Positions 17,983 through 27,743 of a stretch of DNA of 64,000 nucleotides are shown one piece after another. The notes beneath the pieces were generated by a model that ran no database searches, was not told the DNA's origin, and saw nothing but the letters and a program-made list of their open reading frames with translations. The DNA comes from a virus, in IMG/VR virus record IMGVR_UViG_3300020183_000009. The stretch is one strand, 5' to 3'. Position 1 is the stretch's first letter. Every line of letters starts with the position of its first letter. Both the position numbers and the translations under genes were made by a program.

Positions 17983-18414
17983 TTAATATTCTTTTTTAAG
18001 TTCTCTATATATATCTCTTTCTTTAATTGTTTCTCTTTTATCGTATAGTTTTTTACCTCTACCTAACACTATTTCAACTTTAACCAAACCTTTATCATTC
18101 ATAAAAACTTTATATGGTAAAATAGTAAAACCTTTCACCAAATTATTACTCAATCGATTTAATTCTTTCTTTTTTAACAAAAGTTTTCTATCTCTTTTTG
18201 CATTGTGAGTAAAAGCATCTTTAGTTTCAGATATGAGGATATTTTTAACAAATAATTCCCCATTATTAAAATAACAGAATGAGTCGTTCATGGATATCTT
18301 ACCGTTTCTAATGGACTTTATCTCGGTCCCTTGTAGAACGATACCAGCAGTATAAGTTTCTAATATGTGATATTCAAATCTTACTTTCCTATTTTCAATA
18401 TAAACTTTACCCAT
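17983..18414 (-). CDS. smpB: SsrA-binding protein
   Basis: ENRK.RFEY.I..T..AGIVL.GTEIKSIR, R.RKLLL.K.E, GKKLYDKRE; start moved to MGKVY behind TATATTTG promoter. Confidence 0.95.
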   Translation of the reverse strand: MGKVYIENRKVRFEYHILETYTAGIVLQGTEIKSIRNGKISMNDSFCYFNNGELFVKNILISETKDAFTHNAKRDRKLLLKKKELNRLSNNLVKGFTILPYKVFMNDKGLVKVEIVLGRGKKLYDKRETIKERDIYRELKKEY

Positions 18415-18437
18415 AGGAGCAAATATACGAAATAAAA

Positions 18438-18475
18438 ACAAAAAACCCTAACAAATGGCTAAATTTGTTAGGGTT
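18438..18475 (-). terminator. intrinsic terminator
   Basis: Perfect 13-bp stem AACCCTAACAAAT/ATTTGTTAGGGTT with T tail on minus strand. Confidence 0.85.
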
Positions 18476-18520
18476 AATTACTACCAACTTAAAGAAAGGG
18501 GTTGTTGGGGCTATGTAAGA
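18438..18520 (-). ncRNA. candidate small RNA
   Basis: TATTTAT motif (18522-18528) followed by ORF-free CCAAC/GTTGG hairpin and a terminator. Confidence 0.35.
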
Positions 18521-18553
18521 TATAAATATATCAATATTATTAAAAAATATAAT

Positions 18554-18970
18554 TTATTTTAAAATTTTTTCAATAATACCATGTAACTGGGTATTTGATT
18601 TGATTGGGAGTTTATCTAACTTGAAATACCCGTAATCGATGTGTTCGTCCCCATCTTGAGCATTTTCTAAATCAGGTATTAATTTTTTGTCAGAATTATA
18701 AAGAAAAACGTAAAATAACCCTTCAGAATCATTTTTACCTTTAGTCTTACCATTCATAAACCCAACAAGTTTGATTTTGTCTTTAAGTTTATGACCTGTC
18801 TCTTCAAAAAACTCTCTTTTAGCACCGACCATTGCATTTTCACTATCTTCAACATTCCCACAAGGTATAGACCATTGTCCTGACATATCACCTTCATAAT
18901 TACGTTGACACATGAGAACTTCGTCCCCGCATTTAACAATTATCCCTGCATATCTCTTAGGTTGATTCAT
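18554..18970 (-). CDS. NUDIX hydrolase
   Basis: Nudix box GNVEDSENAMVGAKREFFEETG; start moved to MNQPKR. Confidence 0.9.
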   Translation of the reverse strand: MNQPKRYAGIIVKCGDEVLMCQRNYEGDMSGQWSIPCGNVEDSENAMVGAKREFFEETGHKLKDKIKLVGFMNGKTKGKNDSEGLFYVFLYNSDKKLIPDLENAQDGDEHIDYGYFKLDKLPIKSNTQLHGIIEKILK

Positions 18971-18995
18971 TACAATAGTTGGTATATTTATAATT

Positions 18996-19337
18996 ATGAG
19001 ATTAAAGATAAAAAATAATACATTTAAAATCAAAACAGTCTTTTCACAAAAAGACACTCAAAAAGGGATGATGGGTCGTAAATTTAATTCAACATTTAAT
19101 GGTATGTTGTTCTTAATGAATGAAGGTCAACATTGTTTTTGGATGAAGAACTGTATTATACCTTTAGATATCATTTTTATTAATGGTAATAAAATAACCG
19201 AAATACATCATAATTGTCCTCCATGTAAAACTGAAGAATGTGATAATTTTTGTGGTGAGGGTGATACGATATTGGAGGTTAAGGGAGGTACTTGTAAAAG
19301 TCTATATATCAATATTGGTGATACTATCCATTTTTAA
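18996..19337 (+). CDS. DUF192 family protein
   Basis: GMM.R...GMLF...FWMKN..IPLDIIFI...PC...LEV.GG. Confidence 0.85.
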   Translation: MRLKIKNNTFKIKTVFSQKDTQKGMMGRKFNSTFNGMLFLMNEGQHCFWMKNCIIPLDIIFINGNKITEIHHNCPPCKTEECDNFCGEGDTILEVKGGTCKSLYINIGDTIHF

Positions 19338-20730
19338 TTTTATCCTCCAAAACTCTAACAAATTCACTCTGAACCATTTTGGTAAATTTTACATATGGAG
19401 CGTCGTCAGAATCAGGGTTATATTTGTATTTGTTGGCAGGTGGTCTTTTACTTCTACCCATATAATTTAAACCTGAAATATTCGTAATACACTTGTGTCC
19501 TCCACTATTGGCCTGAATAACATCCCAAGCGGTTACAGTAATATTATCCAACATCTCTTTTTCTTCTTCACTTAAAGATGTAAATGGTTGGTTCATCATT
19601 TCTCCAATATCCTTTAATTTTTGTTTACCATTTTCCATGGTTTTAAAATCATTTCCGTAGATAGCAACAAAATCTTTAAAAGTAAAACCAACGGAATGTC
19701 CACCAAATTCTTTAGAAAATTCAGAAACCCATTTTATAGTTGATAATGGTATATCTCTTCTTTTAAGTTGTGACTCCCATTTAGATAAAACTTCTTGACC
19801 CATCTCACCTAAATTAACACCTTTCAATTCTCTATCTTCCTTAAATGGGTTGCAAGACGCTTGTACTAAACCTAAAGGCCAAGCGATAACTAAAAAATCA
19901 GCTTCAGGATTATTTTTAAATGGTGTGTACCTATCATAAGAACCTGGTACCATTGTACTACCACCACCGTATTGTACGATAACATTACCCATAACTTTAA
20001 CATTAGGGTGTGATTTCATCTGTTGGATATATCCTTCTTTGTTTTTTTGTAACTGTTCTTGCCCTACGTAACCCTTTTCAACCATAATTCTTTTTATGTT
20101 TTGAAGTAGGTTCATGATTGATGGTGTTGTGGTCATTACAAGTTCTTCAAGGAAACCTGGTTTGTTTTTAAACGCCAATAATAATTTATTTGCAACTAAC
20201 CCTAAAGCCATTTTATTTTTTTGTAATCCTTTTTCTTTATCTAATCTGAAAAGATAATTGATAACCTCGTCAACACTTATTTTATTAGCCGCATAATTTG
20301 CCGAATCCACAGTAGATATTAACAATAAGTCGTCACTTGAGAAGATTTCTTTTGGTGAAACTACTTGTGAAATGGTTTCAACATTTGACCTTGATTGTCT
20401 AAAAGATGTTGACTTGGTGTCTTCAGCACCTGCTTGTCTATCATGGTGGTCTGTATGTATAACAAACATTGGTTTACCATGGGCGAAATCCACTAAAACA
20501 GGCATCACATCACCAGTCGCATCATTTTTTTTTACGGCAAATTCTTTATCCCCATATTGGATTACGTGAGTATCAATAACATTAATACCATTACTTTCTA
20601 AGTAATGTTTCATAGCGATTGCCGTGGCAACTCCATCTAAATCTTGGTGAAAGTATATTTCGGCTTTAGGGTATCTTCTAGCTAATTTTCTAATGTCCCT
20701 TAAACCACTCTCTTTGATAAGTCTTTTCAC
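19324..20730 (-). CDS. DHH-family phosphoesterase-like protein
   Basis: HQDLDG, LVDF, TDHH and C-terminal GGH motifs; LIKE leader. Confidence 0.7.
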   Translation of the reverse strand: MKRLIKESGLRDIRKLARRYPKAEIYFHQDLDGVATAIAMKHYLESNGINVIDTHVIQYGDKEFAVKKNDATGDVMPVLVDFAHGKPMFVIHTDHHDRQAGAEDTKSTSFRQSRSNVETISQVVSPKEIFSSDDLLLISTVDSANYAANKISVDEVINYLFRLDKEKGLQKNKMALGLVANKLLLAFKNKPGFLEELVMTTTPSIMNLLQNIKRIMVEKGYVGQEQLQKNKEGYIQQMKSHPNVKVMGNVIVQYGGGSTMVPGSYDRYTPFKNNPEADFLVIAWPLGLVQASCNPFKEDRELKGVNLGEMGQEVLSKWESQLKRRDIPLSTIKWVSEFSKEFGGHSVGFTFKDFVAIYGNDFKTMENGKQKLKDIGEMMNQPFTSLSEEEKEMLDNITVTAWDVIQANSGGHKCITNISGLNYMGRSKRPPANKYKYNPDSDDAPYVKFTKMVQSEFVRVLEDKIKNG

Positions 20731-20737
20731 TATATAG

Positions 20738-21907
20738 TTAAATAAATAATTTTGTTAATATAGACACGGGGTCAATACCTCCTCCGCTTGATGATTGTGT
20801 TGGTGGTGACATGATAGTTGATGGTGGAGGAGCCACATTACCTCCCATATCATCAGCCCAAAGTCTTTGGGCTTGGGGTAATTGAGCGTATTCTGAATAT
20901 AATTTATTTGCTTCGTCAGCACCTCCCACGGCATTTTCAATTTCTTCAGGCCCTACAAAATTACCAACCCCTAACCAATCTAAAAAACCAGCATAAAACT
21001 TAGTTCTTCTCATAAGTGACCTGGTAGCGGGATTTCCTCCGAAAATTCTTGGTACTCCCGCTTGTAATTTAGACCATAAACTAGCATCAGATTTCATAAA
21101 CGATAACCAACTATTTTTACCCGTACCATAATCTCTGAATATTCTAACAGGGTTTTGTTTTGTTAAAACACCTAACTGTGCCTTTTCAGCTGCTGCCAAT
21201 GTTTTAGCCCCTGAAACTCCTTTTCCTATCTTACTAGCATCTTTAAATCCTTTACCAAGTTTTATCGCGTCCTTGCTAAATTCGACCGCACTTTTAACTT
21301 TTTGCTTGTTTTTCATTAACTTACCAGCGTCGTCAAAAACTTTAACGTAATCTGTGACTCCTTTCATCATTGAGCCCGACGCTTTCCCACTTGTACCAAG
21401 TTTACTTAATAAAGTAGTACCCCATTTAGGTGTTGAGGATACTAATTTTGATATTGGTCCTCCCGCAGCTTTTGCAGTTTCTGCAACTTTAGCCGCGTCT
21501 CCAACTGCTGACGCAGTTCTAAATGCTTTAACCGCATCACCCCCAAGTTTTAAAGAACCAACAACTGGTTTAGCTATTAAATCACCTAACACAGGTAAAA
21601 CCGATATCCAAGATAATATTGCGAATAATTTATCCCCTTGTCTCCAATAACTTATACCGTTTACAAGGTCCACTATACCTGTAGGGTCGAAAATACCGAC
21701 AATATCACCTACAGTGTTATACCATCTTGATTCTTTCAAAAGATATGATTTTTCAGGAAAAAGAGACTTTAAAGTTTCAATAACAAAAGTTCTATCTTTA
21801 CCTGATAATTTTTCCCATTTTTCATTAATATAGTTAAGTTGTTCCTCTTTATAAATTTGGACTAACTTCTCTCTAAATTCAGATTCATTTATATAAGCAT
21901 TATTCAT
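20738..21907 (-). CDS. putative virion/ejection protein with pre-toxin-TG-like helical motif
   Basis: INE/LKE leader; DIVGIFDPTGIVDLVNG..Y...GD...A.LS..SVLPVLGD; Ala/Gly/Lys-rich; TATTTAT upstream. Confidence 0.6.
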   Translation of the reverse strand: MNNAYINESEFREKLVQIYKEEQLNYINEKWEKLSGKDRTFVIETLKSLFPEKSYLLKESRWYNTVGDIVGIFDPTGIVDLVNGISYWRQGDKLFAILSWISVLPVLGDLIAKPVVGSLKLGGDAVKAFRTASAVGDAAKVAETAKAAGGPISKLVSSTPKWGTTLLSKLGTSGKASGSMMKGVTDYVKVFDDAGKLMKNKQKVKSAVEFSKDAIKLGKGFKDASKIGKGVSGAKTLAAAEKAQLGVLTKQNPVRIFRDYGTGKNSWLSFMKSDASLWSKLQAGVPRIFGGNPATRSLMRRTKFYAGFLDWLGVGNFVGPEEIENAVGGADEANKLYSEYAQLPQAQRLWADDMGGNVAPPPSTIMSPPTQSSSGGGIDPVSILTKLFI

Positions 21908-21954
21908 TAGAAAATGTTTTTAATATAAATACCTACATAAATCAAAAATCCCAC

Positions 21955-22806
21955 TTATAATTGTGGGATTTCTTTTATTTGTTCTAACGTCTTAAATAAA
22001 TTAACTCTTGATTCAGCTACTTTACAATAGTCGGGTGACAATTCAATACCTAACCATCTTCTATCAAGTATTTGAGCAGCTACTAAACTAGTTCCACTAC
22101 CAACAAACGGGTCCAAAACTATATCGTTCTTGTAGGACAATATTTTAATCGCTTTGGTTGGTATGTCCATGGAGAAAGTAGCCTTGGTGAGTGACCTAGT
22201 GTCAGCAAAATAATTCCACTGACCATACACAAGTTGAATAAATTCTTTTTTATCTGTTTCTTCATATATAACTTTCTTTTTTGTAGTTCCGTCAGGTTGT
22301 TCAACATCGGTTATTTGACCTTTCCATTGTGGTTCACCTTTAACTTTTTTAATGTGGTATTTTTTATAAGCTAAAATAACACATTCTTTTGGGTTATAAA
22401 TATAAGGACTTGATGGTGACATCCATGAACCCCATGCAGTGGTTTTACTTCTATGTGGGGACTCTTCTTCAAGGTCAACAATACCGAAGAAACCATATCC
22501 AATCTCTTTCATAATTTGCCACATCTCAGATACGAAAAATATTCTCCCACCTTTCTTTTGTCTGTTAATTTCGTAGGGAATGTTTAACGCAATTCTTCCA
22601 TCGTCTTTTAATACCCGATATACCTGAGATAACCAATCACGACTAAAGATTTTATAATCTTCAAATTCAACATCATCATTATGAACATCATAATCAATAC
22701 CAACACCATAAGGACAACTAGTAACAACAAGGTCGACTGATGATTCTGGTAATGTTTTCATAACCTCAACACAGTCACCATTTATTATTTTTTCAGTTTC
22801 TATCAT
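21955..22806 (-). CDS. DNA N4/N6 methyltransferase, beta class
   Basis: GDC.EVM, VDLVVTSCPY (motif IV variant), LDPFVGSGT, GIEL. Confidence 0.9.
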   Translation of the reverse strand: MIETEKIINGDCVEVMKTLPESSVDLVVTSCPYGVGIDYDVHNDDVEFEDYKIFSRDWLSQVYRVLKDDGRIALNIPYEINRQKKGGRIFFVSEMWQIMKEIGYGFFGIVDLEEESPHRSKTTAWGSWMSPSSPYIYNPKECVILAYKKYHIKKVKGEPQWKGQITDVEQPDGTTKKKVIYEETDKKEFIQLVYGQWNYFADTRSLTKATFSMDIPTKAIKILSYKNDIVLDPFVGSGTSLVAAQILDRRWLGIELSPDYCKVAESRVNLFKTLEQIKEIPQL

Positions 22807-22902
22807 ATTCTTAATTAAATCCCCGTCCGCAATGAACCATTGCATTAATTTTTTCTTTTCTTATATAAGAAAAATAATCATTAATTTTTTTTAATATTTT
22901 TT

Positions 22903-23553
22903 TCATTTATCTAAAGTTATACTGTTATTAAAAATTTTAGTATTATTAAAAACAATATCAGGGGTTACTTTTATCATTAAAGCGGTATTTGTCTTAGATT
23001 TTATACAATTTTTGTTTTCAAAATTATTAATAGTTGTATTAAATCTTGTTATAGAAGTATAACTACCTGTTTTTAATTTATCAATGTCTAACCCTATAAA
23101 ATCAGTTGTTATAACATCATAAAAATTAGGCAAATCCCTTACTAAAGTTTTATCTTTAAATGATATCCAATCGTGATTATATTGTTTGAACTCATACAAT
23201 TTATTAATTGATGTTTTCAATCCTTTTTCTAAATCCTCAACATTTTTAAAATCTATCAGTATTTTGAATATATAATTCTCATAATCTTCCGTTATTACCA
23301 CATTGGTTATTCCTTCTTGTTGTATTAACGACTTTTTAAAATTTAAGATTTTTTCTTGTATGTCTGTTTTACTTAAAACTTTTTTACCATTTAAACTATC
23401 TAAAGCTAATATCGAACTTACTTTAGTCTTACTTGAGCTTAGATTTAATGTATATTTAAAAGTCCCAGACCCATCTAAATTTATTTTTAAATCATCAATT
23501 AATTCAACACAAGAAGTTAAAAATAAGATTAATAAAAAATAAATAATTTTCAT
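22903..23553 (-). CDS. putative lipoprotein
   Basis: Signal peptide with LTSC lipobox, IN.DGSG motif. Confidence 0.7.
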   Translation of the reverse strand: MKIIYFLLILFLTSCVELIDDLKINLDGSGTFKYTLNLSSSKTKVSSILALDSLNGKKVLSKTDIQEKILNFKKSLIQQEGITNVVITEDYENYIFKILIDFKNVEDLEKGLKTSINKLYEFKQYNHDWISFKDKTLVRDLPNFYDVITTDFIGLDIDKLKTGSYTSITRFNTTINNFENKNCIKSKTNTALMIKVTPDIVFNNTKIFNNSITLDK

Positions 23554-23768
23554 TTATTTTCCAATGTTTCAATATGATGATTTAAATACCAAAGAGCTTT
23601 TTTAAGGTCCTGAAGTTCTTTATCAGAATCTTTTTTCCCCGCTCTTGAGATATACTTTACGGTATTTCCCAAACTGAACCCCAAGTCCCAAGCATCAATC
23701 ACTTTAATGGCTTCATATGGGTTTGATTCTCCTCCATAATGTTCTGGATGATTTACTTGTTCACTCAT
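23550..23768 (-). CDS. DUF3310 (SaV-like) protein
   Basis: VNHPEHY, GNTVKYISRAGKK, DLKKALWYL. Confidence 0.9.
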   Translation of the reverse strand: MSEQVNHPEHYGGESNPYEAIKVIDAWDLGFSLGNTVKYISRAGKKDSDKELQDLKKALWYLNHHIETLENK

Positions 23769-23769
23769 T

Positions 23770-24885
23770 TTAATCTTCTTTATATTCGTTCAATAATTCC
23801 TCACTTGTAAGAATACCATTATATTTCTTTGCAACCTCATCAAAATTTTTAACACTTACATTACTAAACATATTTTGAACTGTTTCATCAAGTTCATTTG
23901 CCATATCAATGGTGTCAGAAATAACTTTTATAATTTCGTAAGGATTTGCATTTGATGCAGGTCTTCTATCTTCAATATAACCTTTCCATTCTTTAGCGGT
24001 TGATAATGGTACTCGTATTGAGGCTCCTCTATCACTTACACCCCAACTAAATTTATTAATTGATTGTGTTTCATATTTACCTGTTAACCTTAAATCATTA
24101 TCGGAACCATAAACTTCAATGTGAGTATCTCTTCGTGATTCTAAAGCATTAAATAAAGAATTGAAATACTTTTCCCCACCCTCATTTCTCATTTTGTGTG
24201 TTGAAAAATTAGTGTGGAGCCCTGACCCGTTCCATTCTCCGATTCTCAATGGTTTAGGGTGATATTCAATCCAATAACCGTATTTTTCTGAAAGTTTTTC
24301 CATTAAATATCTTGACATCCATAGGTCGTCCCCAGCTTTTAATTTACCTTGTGAGAATACTTGGTATTCCCATTGACCTAAAGCAACTTCAGCATTTACA
24401 CCTGTTATATTTATACCCATACTTAAACATAAATCCATATGTTCTTCAACAATATTTCTACCTATTACATTATGTCCAACACCACAATAATATTTACCTT
24501 GTGGTTCAATAAAACCTTTAGTATGTCCTAATATTTGTCCTCCCAATTCTCGTATAAAGTACTCTTGTTCAAACCCAAACCACATGTCTCTATCTTCCTC
24601 ACCCAATTTAGCTCTTTGATTTGTTTCATGCGGTGTTCCGTCAGAATTCATTACTTCACATAATACATAAACCCTATCAACACAACCTACTTCACGATAC
24701 ATTCTCACAGGTTTTAGAATACAATCTGATTTATCACCTTCAGCCTGTAAGGTAGAAGAACCATCAAAATTCCATTCAGGGATTGATGTGAAATCTGTAA
24801 CGTCAATATTACTTACTTTAATTTTACTTCTCAAATTTGGTTCTGGTGTATAACCATCAAGCCAAATATACTCTATTTTTGTCAT
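23770..24885 (-). CDS. glnA: glutamine synthetase type II
   Basis: EYIWLDG, WNFDGSST.QA, GFEQEY, NAEV..GQWEYQ, WNGSG.HTNFS, RLTG..ET, RGASIR, EDRRPASN. Confidence 0.95.
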   Translation of the reverse strand: MTKIEYIWLDGYTPEPNLRSKIKVSNIDVTDFTSIPEWNFDGSSTLQAEGDKSDCILKPVRMYREVGCVDRVYVLCEVMNSDGTPHETNQRAKLGEEDRDMWFGFEQEYFIRELGGQILGHTKGFIEPQGKYYCGVGHNVIGRNIVEEHMDLCLSMGINITGVNAEVALGQWEYQVFSQGKLKAGDDLWMSRYLMEKLSEKYGYWIEYHPKPLRIGEWNGSGLHTNFSTHKMRNEGGEKYFNSLFNALESRRDTHIEVYGSDNDLRLTGKYETQSINKFSWGVSDRGASIRVPLSTAKEWKGYIEDRRPASNANPYEIIKVISDTIDMANELDETVQNMFSNVSVKNFDEVAKKYNGILTSEELLNEYKED

Positions 24886-24887
24886 AT

Positions 24888-25079
24888 TTATAATTTTTTA
24901 CTTCCTTTTACTCGATATTCATTATCGACTTTAATTAATATATCGTCTTCAACTAATTCATCTAAAATATTTTTCGCCACATTCTCACTCACATTTAAAA
25001 GATTTTTGGATATATAATCAATACCCAATGGTTGTCTTAATTTAGACAACATTTTTTTAATTTTTGTCGAGTTCTCCAT
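24888..25079 (-). CDS. small winged-helix-like protein
   Basis: Helix-helix-wing pattern ILDELVE..IL. Confidence 0.55.
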   Translation of the reverse strand: MENSTKIKKMLSKLRQPLGIDYISKNLLNVSENVAKNILDELVEDDILIKVDNEYRVKGSKKL

Positions 25080-25260
25080 TTTTTATAATTTTTAATATAA
25101 TAGAATCTTCTACACCTTGATTGTGTAGGTCAAGTATTTTTTTAGATTTTTTGTCAGTTAAGAATAAAGCATCTGCGGAAAAGTAATTACTTAAAGGTTC
25201 GTTATTTTCTAACCTATTTAAAATATTTTCAAATTTTATAAACCTTTTATTAAACCCCAT
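25057..25260 (-). CDS. hypothetical protein
   Basis: Overlapping operon ORF. Confidence 0.65.
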   Translation of the reverse strand: MGFNKRFIKFENILNRLENNEPLSNYFSADALFLTDKKSKKILDLHNQGVEDSIILKIIKNGELDKN

Positions 25261-26032
25261 TAGGTAATAATTTTTTTACTTTGTTACTTTCTTTTTTAAT
25301 TGTTTGGGTTATGTAACTCATTATTTTTCTTTTAAAGATTGGTATTAGAGTTTCTTCAAGAGGAAAAATTTCATTACATAACACTTCAAATACAGGATAC
25401 TTGTGACTTTTAACTTTAATATCTTTACTTAAAAAGTTAAGAATAATATCAGTAGGTGTCAAATCCGAATTGTCACTTTCATAGATTAATTTTAAAAATG
25501 TTTTTGGTTGGGTATCTTCTTTTTTTTGTTTTCTAATATTATATCTCCAAATATATAATTTTTCTTTAGCTTGATAATAAAAGAATCCCATTTTGGAATC
25601 TATATTAGATTTGTTTTTCTTTAAATTTACGGTGATGGAATCATAAACTATTGACCACACTGATTTTGTAATACCAAAATAGTCTTGTAGTCTTGGGTGA
25701 CTGAATTTAAGTATTTTTCGGTACTCATCGTATTCATCATCCGCAAGTACAGGTATGTCTTTTAATTTTAAATCAGATAAAATATATTCATCATCAAATG
25801 ATGATAACTTTTTTTCAGAGTATAAAATTTTATCTTGATTAATAAGTGTTTGGATGTTACCTAAATGTAATGAAAGTTCTGTAAACATCGGATAAACTTT
25901 CATTTGTTCTAAATCTTTATTTAACTTTTGAAAGTAATCCAATAAAATATATTGTTTTTGTTCTGAGTCTATAATTCCGTTGAACAACCAATCGGTATCC
26001 ATTACAAACTTTATTTTATTTTTCCTTGTCAT
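25250..26032 (-). CDS. hypothetical protein
   Basis: Long ORF. Confidence 0.8.
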   Translation of the reverse strand: MTRKNKIKFVMDTDWLFNGIIDSEQKQYILLDYFQKLNKDLEQMKVYPMFTELSLHLGNIQTLINQDKILYSEKKLSSFDDEYILSDLKLKDIPVLADDEYDEYRKILKFSHPRLQDYFGITKSVWSIVYDSITVNLKKNKSNIDSKMGFFYYQAKEKLYIWRYNIRKQKKEDTQPKTFLKLIYESDNSDLTPTDIILNFLSKDIKVKSHKYPVFEVLCNEIFPLEETLIPIFKRKIMSYITQTIKKESNKVKKLLPNGV

Positions 26033-26078
26033 AACTACTTAAAATATAGATAAAGTTTTTTTAAAAATGAATAGGTGG

Positions 26079-27470
26079 TTAACTCACTTTCATAATATAG
26101 TAAATTTCCCCATCAAATTCTACTTCATCATAAGTACCATCATTTCCATTCATAACTCCCCATCCATCCTCGTCAACCAATCCTTGAGCTAATTCATCCT
26201 CATCCACAAAATTTTCCAAATTTAAACTATGTACTTTAATAAAATTCATAGGGTCTCTCATGTATCTATTTACAATACCTTCCAATTTATCATCTACCAT
26301 ATCTTGACTTGGTTCATCATCTGGTTCAATACTATCTAACTCATCTTGAGCCTTATCCTTTTTTTCCTCAACTTCGTCAATCATTTTTTGGATTTCGTAA
26401 TACTTTTTGTCATATTCTTCAGGGTCCTCTAATTCATCGTAAGCCTCATTTTGTTTTTCTTCAAGGTCTGAAATATAATCCTCAAGTTCGGAAATATAAT
26501 TTTCAAGTTTACTAATTCTTCTTTCTTGTTCTGCAGTTAATTCAAAATCATCGTCATTAAAATAAACTTCAGGATTTTGCCAAATATCATCTTCATACCA
26601 TTCCCTTATATAATCTCTTAGATAATCCTCATCTATATAATTTTCAACAAAATGGTTTCTGAATCCATCCATTCCTACGTCATCAATATAATTTTTAGCA
26701 TATTTTAAAGCTGCGTCATCCATCTCTTCCGAAGTACCAACAGTGTATTCATTATTTTTAAACCCTGGTAATAAAACCTCAAAGGTTGTTAATCCATAAT
26801 GCGTCCATCTCATTGGATTTAAATCGTAAACATCTCCTTCATCTTCACCAAGGTCTGATATCTCATCTTCAATTTCAGATATTCTTTCCTCAATTTCCTC
26901 AGTATATTCTTCTTCGTTTTCAAGTCTTTCAAGTTCAGTATTCAACTCTTTTAATTTTTCCTTATCTTCATTATTCAAAACTTCAACATCTCCGTTATCA
27001 ACTAAAAATTTAAAAAGTGCGTTAGCTTTTATACCTTCATCGTCAGTATCTTCAGGGTCCCATATATTACCAAGTCGTCTACGATTACCCTCAGACCTTT
27101 TTTCTCTAAGTTCCGCCGCTAATCTTTTTGCTTCTATTGGGGAATCACTATCCCAAACATGTTTTCTAACTGTAATACCATCAATATTAGAGATTTTGGT
27201 CCTACTAATACTAAGACTACCATCAACATATTTTACATTACCCAATGAGTCCATGGGTGTATTTGAAACATCTAAATCTCCCGTTATCCATAATGGTTTA
27301 CCCTGAAACTTAGGTAATCTACTAATCCCTTGTCCATGGTAACCTGAAAGTTTTAAAAGTTCTTTATATTCTTCAGGGGATATTTTATAATATTCTTCCT
27401 CGGATTGTTCTCTTATCAACCCTAACAATCTATTCATTTTATTTTCCGATAAAAAAATTCTACGATTCAT
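26079..27470 (-). CDS. acidic LSE-leader protein with short LRR-like segment and coiled coils
   Basis: MNRRIFLSENKM..IREQ leader; ITGDLDVSNT..SL..VKYVDGSL.I..T.I; TATTTAT at 27475-27481. Confidence 0.7.
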   Translation of the reverse strand: MNRRIFLSENKMNRLLGLIREQSEEEYYKISPEEYKELLKLSGYHGQGISRLPKFQGKPLWITGDLDVSNTPMDSLGNVKYVDGSLSISRTKISNIDGITVRKHVWDSDSPIEAKRLAAELREKRSEGNRRRLGNIWDPEDTDDEGIKANALFKFLVDNGDVEVLNNEDKEKLKELNTELERLENEEEYTEEIEERISEIEDEISDLGEDEGDVYDLNPMRWTHYGLTTFEVLLPGFKNNEYTVGTSEEMDDAALKYAKNYIDDVGMDGFRNHFVENYIDEDYLRDYIREWYEDDIWQNPEVYFNDDDFELTAEQERRISKLENYISELEDYISDLEEKQNEAYDELEDPEEYDKKYYEIQKMIDEVEEKKDKAQDELDSIEPDDEPSQDMVDDKLEGIVNRYMRDPMNFIKVHSLNLENFVDEDELAQGLVDEDGWGVMNGNDGTYDEVEFDGEIYYIMKVS

Positions 27471-27568
27471 AATTATAAATACCCTAAAAAATAAATAAGG
27501 TATTGTTTACTATTAAATCAATTTGGGTGATATTTATTGGTATAATAAACCTATTAAAAAACTTAAAT

Positions 27569-27712
27569 ATGGGATGCGGTTGTAAAAACAAAGGAAATCA
27601 GGCGGCACAACAACCATCACAAAGTGCTCAACCTGCTAAAGAACAAGTTAAATCACCAAACATTCAAGAATCTATTAAAAAGGTTGTTGAGAAGTATTAC
27701 AACAAGAAATAA
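27569..27712 (+). CDS. small MGCGCK protein
   Basis: Start moved to MGCGCKNK; TATTTAT at 27531-27537. Confidence 0.7.
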   Translation: MGCGCKNKGNQAAQQPSQSAQPAKEQVKSPNIQESIKKVVEKYYNKK

Positions 27713-27741
27713 AAAAAGGGTTCAATTTGAGCCCTTTTTTT
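27712..27741. terminator. bidirectional intrinsic terminator
   Basis: AAAAAAGGGTTCA-ATT-TGAGCCCTTTTTT between convergent genes. Confidence 0.85.
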
Positions 27742-27743
27742 AT

